Shown one piece after another: positions 58,183-64,000 of a stretch of DNA of 64,000 nucleotides (within the stretch, counting starts at the first letter, position 1; every line of letters starts with the position of its first letter). Made by a program: the position numbers and the translations under genes. Source of the DNA: Candidatus Gottesmanbacteria bacterium (GTDB lineage: Bacteria > Patescibacteriota > Microgenomatia > UBA10105 > UBA927); contig JAHFKK010000001.1 of NCBI GenBank assembly GCA_023245335.1, forward strand, positions 363,282 to 427,281. The letters are read 5' to 3'. Under the pieces are notes generated by a model that did no database searches, was not told where the DNA came from, and saw only the letters and a program-made list of their open reading frames with translations.

Positions 58183-58557
58183 ATGGAAGCCACGTTAAAC
58201 CAGGAAACGAATAAGCCCAATCCTATTTCCCTCAAAGAATGGTTCCTCATGGATACCGACGAGCAGAAGGATTTTTTTGGTAATCTGTCTTTTCGGGAGA
58301 AGAATGATTTTATGATCGCCCAGAGTAATTATTACCAGGAACTGCCGAAGGCAGAAAAGCAGGCACTCATCCAGGCGAGGATAGATAAGCTGAGCGGGAA
58401 AAAAGACCAAACGCTTAAAGATAAAGCGGAATTAGGTGCCATGAAATCGGCACTCGGTCACGCGGAATCTCCGAAGCCTCCCAAGCCCGGCGGGGAAAAG
58501 GGAATCGTCGCGAAAATCAGAACAGTTTCCAGTCCCTACCTCATACGATCCGTCTGA
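58183..58557 (+). CDS. Hypothetical protein
   Basis: 124-aa helical ORF. Confidence 0.6.
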   Translation: MEATLNQETNKPNPISLKEWFLMDTDEQKDFFGNLSFREKNDFMIAQSNYYQELPKAEKQALIQARIDKLSGKKDQTLKDKAELGAMKSALGHAESPKPPKPGGEKGIVAKIRTVSSPYLIRSV

Positions 58558-58564
58558 CGGAGGA

Positions 58565-58873
58565 TTACTTCTGTTCCGGAGAAATCTGACTTCCGACTTT
58601 TATATCGTGTGCGTGTACCGTGCCCGCCGGTACTTCGATGACGGTATAGTATCGTGGGTTCCAGAGGAAGAATCGATTGGGCGGCAGGCTTTTTTTCATA
58701 CAGACAACGCGGTTGTGGGTGTCTAAAATCAGGACATCAATCGGGTGTCTCACCCCGAACGTGTGGATGCCCCATCGTGTCGTAAACATGACGGGAGATA
58801 TGGACTCCGCGCCGATGAGGCCCACAGATTTTTCCCGGAAGGTCCGTAACGTTTTTACTTTGAGTCGTATCAT
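58565..58873 (-). CDS. DUF192 family protein
   Basis: GL..GIHTFGV..PIDVLILD..VIEVPAG; start overlaps the stop of the upstream EamA gene. Confidence 0.85.
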   Translation of the reverse strand: MIRLKVKTLRTFREKSVGLIGAESISPVMFTTRWGIHTFGVRHPIDVLILDTHNRVVCMKKSLPPNRFFLWNPRYYTVIEVPAGTVHAHDIKVGSQISPEQK

Positions 58874-59745
58874 TTTGTTTTTGTGTGCGGCTTCCTGTGC
58901 TCGGCAACCGCTGGGATGATCGAGGAGAGAAATATGCACGCGCCGCCCAGGATGACGGTCACGGGCGCGATCTCACGGAAGATAAAAAACGCGAGAATCA
59001 TGCCGACCACCGTATCGTTTAGGAGTATGACGCTGCCGACCTGTGCGTCCACGACCATAAATCCGCGGGCGACCAGTTGCCCGGTGAAGACCTGGGTGAG
59101 CCCGAGAAATCCTATGGCTCCAAGCTGTGCGTTTACCTGGACGACAGACCATGATTCACGCACGATAAGAGAGAGAAGTAATGCGCCGACCAGTGTCAGT
59201 CCCTGGTCCGTGACGACCAGCTGCGGCAACGAATAGGATTTGGAAATCGGGCGGGAAAATACGCTCCACAAAGACGCCCCGATGCCACCGATGAGCGCGA
59301 CGATAACATACCAATTAAAGGTAAGTGCGGATTGAGCGAAGTTAATTAGGTACAGCCCGACAGCAGTAAGCGCGAGTGAGCCCATTTTCACCACCGTGAT
59401 TTTTTCCTTGTACAACACGATGCCAAAAAGTCCGCTGAACAAAATATCCGCCGCATAAAACGTGAACAGTGCCGCTCCCACGGACATGTGATTGACTGCG
59501 GCGTATGATCCGGCGGTTGCCATGATGCTGCCGACCGCGCGCAAGACAAACCACTTCCAGTGGGCGCGAGCGATGGGTTTCCACCGCACAAACCAGAAAA
59601 GGAACAGGATGGTGACGATGCTGCGCACTCCCGTACTCAGGAACGGCCCGTACGAAATGCCGGCGATGCGGGAGGCGATGTTCTGCGATCCATACAGGCT
59701 CGCCGCGCCAAAAAGTGACAGAATTCCCCATGATGTCGGAGACAT
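58870..59745 (-). CDS. EamA/DMT family transporter
   Basis: ~10 TMs; LYKEKIT, IFRE..LGG. Confidence 0.9.
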   Translation of the reverse strand: MSPTSWGILSLFGAASLYGSQNIASRIAGISYGPFLSTGVRSIVTILFLFWFVRWKPIARAHWKWFVLRAVGSIMATAGSYAAVNHMSVGAALFTFYAADILFSGLFGIVLYKEKITVVKMGSLALTAVGLYLINFAQSALTFNWYVIVALIGGIGASLWSVFSRPISKSYSLPQLVVTDQGLTLVGALLLSLIVRESWSVVQVNAQLGAIGFLGLTQVFTGQLVARGFMVVDAQVGSVILLNDTVVGMILAFFIFREIAPVTVILGGACIFLSSIIPAVAEHRKPHTKTK

Positions 59746-59811
59746 ACGAGGATGAGTATAACAAATATCCTTCACAAGAGCGGTGCGGTGTCGTATACTC
59801 CGTGGCAGCAT

Positions 59812-60192
59812 ATGCTGAAAGGATTTTCAAAAAAAGAACAGGAGTCTTTGGGACAAGTCCTGCGGATGATCGCGGAGAATCGGACTCCTGTGACGACCAT
59901 GGTTAAGCTGGATACGAGAAGAACGACCTACATAACGACCAGATTAGGTCCCGATCTTTTTTCTATCCAGAAAGTAAGCGGGAGAAGGATTGTGCTGATA
60001 CCGATCGGCAGTCATACGGAAATATCTACGCGAGACGATCGTTTCGTCGTAGATGATATGCGTCCGCGGGACGGGCACACTGCCGGAGTACTTATCAGAA
60101 GTGAACACGGCCGCCATATGATAGAGCCGCAAAACAAGTTGCGGGAGATTCCCCTGTTGGGAACCGTTGTGTATCGTAAGTCAGACTGGTGA
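59812..60192 (+). CDS. Hypothetical protein
   Basis: Divergent ORF with TATACT upstream. Confidence 0.55.
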   Translation: MLKGFSKKEQESLGQVLRMIAENRTPVTTMVKLDTRRTTYITTRLGPDLFSIQKVSGRRIVLIPIGSHTEISTRDDRFVVDDMRPRDGHTAGVLIRSEHGRHMIEPQNKLREIPLLGTVVYRKSDW

Positions 60193-60353
60193 GAAGCGAG
60201 CGCCCTCAGCTTGTTTTCAGGTTGATCCGTTACTATTCCCATACTTGAGCATCCGCCTGGCCAGCTTCCCCGCCTGATCCAAGGAAACGGGACCGGAGAG
60301 GACGACGACTGAAGGCGGAGCCAAGGAACTTTATTAAAAAAAAGATTATAAGA

Positions 60354-60383
60354 CCCTCTTTCGCACAAGGCTTCGGGGGGGCA
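60354..60383. repeat. Short palindromic element of the same family as the infB insertion
   Basis: CCCTCTTTCGCACAAGGCTTCGGGGGGGCA. Confidence 0.6.
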
Positions 60384-60400
60384 CGGAAGGACACAATATT

Positions 60401-60814
60401 ATGAAAGATACGTCACATGTGGCACTGGTTATTGCAGTCGCACTCATCGTAGGAGCGGCGGGATTTTTCGTCGGTGTGCATGTAGCTAACCGCAGACTTA
60501 CCGGAGCATGGGGGAATGAAAGACCCATGATGGGACAGCGGATGGGTATGATGCGCGGACGCGGATCCGGGGGATACGGAACGAGATCCGGCGGCATGAT
60601 GGGGGCAGGCGGTCAGATAACCGCGATAAGCGGCAATACCGTCACACTCAAGGCGACAAACGGTACCACTAGTACTGTGATACTTTCTGATGGTGCGGTC
60701 GTCGATACGATGACTAAAGGTACGGCCAAAGATCTCAAAGTCGGTCAGAACATACTGGTTACCGGCGGAGGATTCTGGAACGGTGCTGAGACGGTCATAG
60801 TACGGCCACAATAA
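60401..60814 (+). CDS. Membrane-anchored Gly/Met-rich OB-fold-like (DUF5666-like) protein
   Basis: TM, G/M/R-rich linker, GQITAISGNTVTL..DLKVGQNILVTG. Confidence 0.7.
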   Translation: MKDTSHVALVIAVALIVGAAGFFVGVHVANRRLTGAWGNERPMMGQRMGMMRGRGSGGYGTRSGGMMGAGGQITAISGNTVTLKATNGTTSTVILSDGAVVDTMTKGTAKDLKVGQNILVTGGGFWNGAETVIVRPQ

Positions 60815-60830
60815 AGGTCAGAGATATTTT

Positions 60831-61064
60831 TTAGACGCTTCTCGTGTCACCAAGCCAGTGAGCATTTCTCGATTCGGGCGGCGACGGATACGGTTTAACC
60901 CAGCCGAAGAAGTCAGTAGAAGGTGTTTTCGGATCTGTGGATGCATGGTGATAGAGTTGGAGATGTAAAAACAGTTGCTGCGTCGCTATCGCTTCCGATG
61001 TGAAGCGCTCGTGGTAACGGCACCCATTCGCTCCGCAAATAGCCTCATGAAGTTCTTGTTTCAT
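60831..61064 (-). CDS. Small hypothetical protein with a possible C2H2-like Zn site
   Basis: CGANGC..HLQLYH; TATAAT upstream. Confidence 0.5.
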   Translation of the reverse strand: MKQELHEAICGANGCRYHERFTSEAIATQQLFLHLQLYHHASTDPKTPSTDFFGWVKPYPSPPESRNAHWLGDTRSV

Positions 61065-61135
61065 AGCCAGCCGTTATTATACAACGCTGCGCAATAGTAT
61101 GGATTAAACACGCATTCGGGGAGAAAGGAGGTCCG

Positions 61136-61687
61136 CTAACGGGCGTCTTCTGCGTCCGGTGGTTCAGGAGGGAGGAATTCCTCACCGTTGGGTCCGCCCG
61201 GCTTCACATATTCTCCGGGTTTAAGCCATTGCACGTAGGTGCAGCCGGTCGCCTGTTTTTTCTCCCGGTCCCAGCCGCTTGTCGAGCATTTCTTCATCTT
61301 TTTGCCTGATGATGTCGTATAGAGGACGAGCTTACTGCCGCAGTCCGGACAGATTTCGTCGAGCGGTTCGGTCGTGCCGTTTATCCACTCAACATAATCG
61401 CAGCCCTCCGCCTTTTTGGTTTCCTTGTTCCAGATATTCGTCGAGCATTTCTTCATTTTTTTGCCGAAGCGCGTTACGACGAGGACGAGTGGAGAGCCGC
61501 ATTTGGGACACTTCTCATCGAGGGCCTGGGGTTCCGGTGTAAACCACTTTACGTAATCACAGCCTTCATTTTTTTTGGTTTCCGGATTCCATCGACCGGT
61601 ACTACACCGCTGTAGTTGTTTGCCGGATTTCGTCGTCTGGATCTCGCCGAGCGGGTTACCGCATTTGGGACACATATCTGTAGCCAT
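61136..61687 (-). CDS. Stand-alone topoisomerase-type C4 Zn-finger repeat protein with 3 repeats
   Basis: 3x CP.CG..L....GK..(K/R)CST..W...(T/K)K...GC.YV.W. Confidence 0.85.
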   Translation of the reverse strand: MATDMCPKCGNPLGEIQTTKSGKQLQRCSTGRWNPETKKNEGCDYVKWFTPEPQALDEKCPKCGSPLVLVVTRFGKKMKKCSTNIWNKETKKAEGCDYVEWINGTTEPLDEICPDCGSKLVLYTTSSGKKMKKCSTSGWDREKKQATGCTYVQWLKPGEYVKPGGPNGEEFLPPEPPDAEDAR

Positions 61688-61804
61688 AGGAAAAACTATA
61701 CCAGACTACACATCGTTTGCATACAGAGGAATTATGATATGTCGGTATGAGGAGTGATTATTTATTCACAATCATTCGATAGAAGATGTATACTCTCCGA
61801 AACG

Positions 61805-62032
61805 ATGGATAACGTCACGCTTGGTAAAATATTTAAAGAGCGGGGGTGGGCCCCCACCCCGGAGGAAGTTCGGCCGGTCAATACAGATCGCCCAGTACGA
61901 CGACGCGGATTCCATCTCGTTTTTATATCTACGGAGGAATTAGTGCGTATATTCATGAAACAGGATTTCCAGTACGGCGGGCCGAATTATCGACGTATAA
62001 GGCACGGGAAACACAGTCCCCGGCGGGGATAA
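61805..62032 (+). CDS. Hypothetical protein
   Basis: 75 aa; TATACT shortly upstream. Confidence 0.5.
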   Translation: MDNVTLGKIFKERGWAPTPEEVRPVNTDRPVRRRGFHLVFISTEELVRIFMKQDFQYGGPNYRRIRHGKHSPRRG

Positions 62033-62048
62033 GATCACCCGCGAGAAA

Positions 62049-62414
62049 CTACGCACCTGCTTTGCGTATTTGTTCCTCAGTCATGCCGAAGTGGTGTCCT
62101 ATTTCATGGAGCACGGTTTTTTTCACCTGTTCTTTTATGACTTCCGGATTGTCGCCGAATATGGCAAGCATGGGACCCGCGAAAATGATGATTTTGTCCG
62201 GTACGGCAGCAGTATAGTTGCCGCGTTTGGTTTGCGGGATGCCGCGATAGAGGCCAAAGAGCGTAGACCCGGGCCCGGCGCCGCCGGCTGACAGTTCTTC
62301 CGGAGTCGGCCAGATTTCTGCAAGTACTTCCACGTTATCCAGGCTTTTGGCAAACTGCGCGGGTAACCCATCCAGGGCCGTAGCGATAAGTTCTTCAAAT
62401 TCCGTGAGTGTCAT
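62049..62414 (-). CDS. Zincin-like minimal metallopeptidase (DUF1025 family)
   Basis: LFGLYRGIP..PDKIIIF..TVLHEIGHHFG. Confidence 0.9.
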   Translation of the reverse strand: MTLTEFEELIATALDGLPAQFAKSLDNVEVLAEIWPTPEELSAGGAGPGSTLFGLYRGIPQTKRGNYTAAVPDKIIIFAGPMLAIFGDNPEVIKEQVKKTVLHEIGHHFGMTEEQIRKAGA

Positions 62415-62560
62415 GGATGTATTGTAATGCGCTCAAAAGAATTTTTCACTGCAGTGCGCAGGGTAGTTGATCTGACTCTTTTTGATTTTCTTATAGGGTT
62501 GTGTATAGTGGATATAGTATGTTCGATTTCGAACAGAATAATCGTGAGATATAAATCGTT

Positions 62561-62584
62561 AGCCGCCGTATTTGGCGGTTTTTT
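62561..62584 (+). terminator. Terminator-like hairpin in the leader of the 62621 gene
   Basis: AGCCGCCG-TATT-TGGCGGTT followed by TTTT. Confidence 0.55.
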
Positions 62585-62620
62585 GTGGAAAATACTTTTT
62601 TGAGAGGAGGTGAAAACATA

Positions 62621-63328
62621 ATGAAAAAAATATTTTTAGGAATTTCTTTGGCGGCACTTGTTATTTTTTCGTTTGCTCTCGCGACGTCGCGGACATTTGC
62701 GGACGACAAACCGAAACATGATCGTGATGACAGTCATCGTAATGGCGGCGTCTTTAACCCGGATAAGGAATTATCCCGGAAGGCGTGCGGAGACAAATTA
62801 GGCAATCCGCTTGTAGACGTGACGCAAAAAGTGCAGGACGATACGGATTCCGGAGTCGGCAGCAACGTGTACTTTCCGAGTGCCGGAAATTACTGGAATG
62901 TCGAAGGCTACACACGTCATATCAAGGCGTGGCAGACTGCTTCGGCATCCGCCGACGTCCCAGCGACGTTTTGTGCGATCGTGACCTATGAAAACGGTCA
63001 TTTCGATACGTTTTATAAACAGACCGGTCCCGCCGGTACCGGATTCATCGGTGCAGACGTGAACGGTGAGATGAGCGGCGGATATCGTGCGACATTTACC
63101 GGTACATTTGCTCCGACCGGAGCTTGGGTGACCAACGGTAATGTCGGTACGTTTGATTACAACTGTGATTTAGCGGGCAATTGCGGACCCGGTCGTGTTG
63201 ACTGGATCGCGCAGTACTTCCCAGGCTATGGCGGGTTTGATCAGCCGTGGTGGGGATGGAAATATCAGGCTGGAAGTCACGGGACGTGGATTAACGCGAG
63301 TACCGGAAGTTCAGGTAATATCCTGTAA
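62621..63328 (+). CDS. Secreted hypothetical protein
   Basis: Signal peptide MKKIFLG..TFA; GGAGGTGA SD at 62606-62613. Confidence 0.85.
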   Translation: MKKIFLGISLAALVIFSFALATSRTFADDKPKHDRDDSHRNGGVFNPDKELSRKACGDKLGNPLVDVTQKVQDDTDSGVGSNVYFPSAGNYWNVEGYTRHIKAWQTASASADVPATFCAIVTYENGHFDTFYKQTGPAGTGFIGADVNGEMSGGYRATFTGTFAPTGAWVTNGNVGTFDYNCDLAGNCGPGRVDWIAQYFPGYGGFDQPWWGWKYQAGSHGTWINASTGSSGNIL

Positions 63329-63354
63329 CGCGTTTTGTTTGTATTGTTTTTTCT

Positions 63355-63384
63355 GACAGCCCATCGCATTCGCGGTGGGCTGTC
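63355..63384 (+). terminator. Hairpin downstream of the secreted gene
   Basis: GACAGCCCATCGC-ATTC-GCGGTGGGCTGTC with a weak T tail. Confidence 0.55.
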
Positions 63385-63404
63385 TATTTGGTATACTCGC
63401 AGCA

Positions 63405-63965
63405 ATGACTAAAACTCAGAAACTTCAACAAATTGCGGATGAGATCGCGCGGTGCCGTACATGCAAGGCACAGAAAAGCGGCAAGCCGGTGCCGGGAGAG
63501 GGCAATCCGGATGCGGATATCGTGTTTCTCGGGGAAGCGCCGGGCAGAAATGAAGCACTGTCCGGGAGGCCGTTTATCGGCAGGTCGGGAAAGTTACTCC
63601 GTCGGATGATCACCGATGCGGGACTTAGAGAAGCCGAAGTTTTTATCACCAGTCCGGTCAAATACTTGCCCGATCGCGGGACGCCGACAAAGAAAGATAT
63701 CAAGCACGGGAGAGCTCACCTAACCAAACAACTCGCCGTCATCGAACCCAAGATCATCGTCCTTCTCGGTGCGACCGCCGTCTATGCGATGCTCGAAGAG
63801 GTCATACCGATTATGAAAAAGCACGGTACGATCGTAGAAAAAGACGGGAGACGATACCTCATCACTTTGCACCCCGCCGCCATTCTCCGGTTTCCCAAAT
63901 ATGCGCCGCTTATGCGGGCGGATTTTACCCTTCTCAAGCGGTTAGTATTCAAGAAAGGTTTGTAA
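63405..63965 (+). CDS. Uracil-DNA glycosylase family 4
   Basis: CRTC, VPGEG, GEAPG..E..GRPFIGRSG, TLHPAA. Confidence 0.92.
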   Translation: MTKTQKLQQIADEIARCRTCKAQKSGKPVPGEGNPDADIVFLGEAPGRNEALSGRPFIGRSGKLLRRMITDAGLREAEVFITSPVKYLPDRGTPTKKDIKHGRAHLTKQLAVIEPKIIVLLGATAVYAMLEEVIPIMKKHGTIVEKDGRRYLITLHPAAILRFPKYAPLMRADFTLLKRLVFKKGL

Positions 63966-64000
63966 ACTCTCATACATATATTTTTAACAATATATGTTAC

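Noticed and set aside
62535-62560. Purine riboswitch-like ATAATCG..GATAT
   Set aside because: The TTTCTACC junction and the P3 stem are absent.
1-64000. CRISPR array, tRNA, rRNA, integrase or transposase
   Set aside because: I saw no regularly spaced repeats, cloverleaf/T-loop signatures or recombinase motifs by eye; the intergenic gaps are short.
1-64000. Alternative genetic code (TGA recoding as in Gracilibacteria)
   Set aside because: Conserved genes are intact under code 11, and TGA terminates dnaJ, nusA and bcp.

Overview
This is a bacterial chromosomal segment using standard code 11. Gene content and protein architectures suggest Patescibacteria/CPR, most like Microgenomates (e.g. Gottesmanbacteria); this is inference. 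The supporting features are a short IF-2, a DnaJ without Zn finger, an AlaRS without C-Ala, a protease-less Lon, a degenerate DHH protein, a membrane-anchored baseplate-J-like protein, an AMP phosphorylase and a sortase. The left ~26 kb is mostly housekeeping: pilN/pilO-like genes, rpsT, murJ, surface proteins, a CIRCE-controlled hrcA-grpE-dnaK-dnaJ operon, nusA-infB-DHH, rpsO-pnp, lon-like, rnj, ftsK and rodZ-like. The right part is accessory-rich: six EamA/DMT transporters, alaS, sortase, AMP phosphorylase, mltG, an HTH/Doc toxin-antitoxin pair, many ORFans, an AT-rich NERD + type III restriction-modification island, bcp and a family-4 UDG. I saw no rRNA, tRNA, CRISPR array or transposase. 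The most notable leads are: (1) an AT-rich two-gene cassette (DUF6941-like plus HipA-like kinase) wedged between dnaK and dnaJ; (2) a ~215-nt highly structured intergenic element at 41288-41502; (3) a short palindromic element family with one copy in-frame in infB; (4) surface proteins with a shared N-terminal xRA motif and C-terminal PxSG sortase-like signals; (5) pervasive leaderless or short-leader promoter architecture. All calls were made by eye from motifs; no database searches were run.
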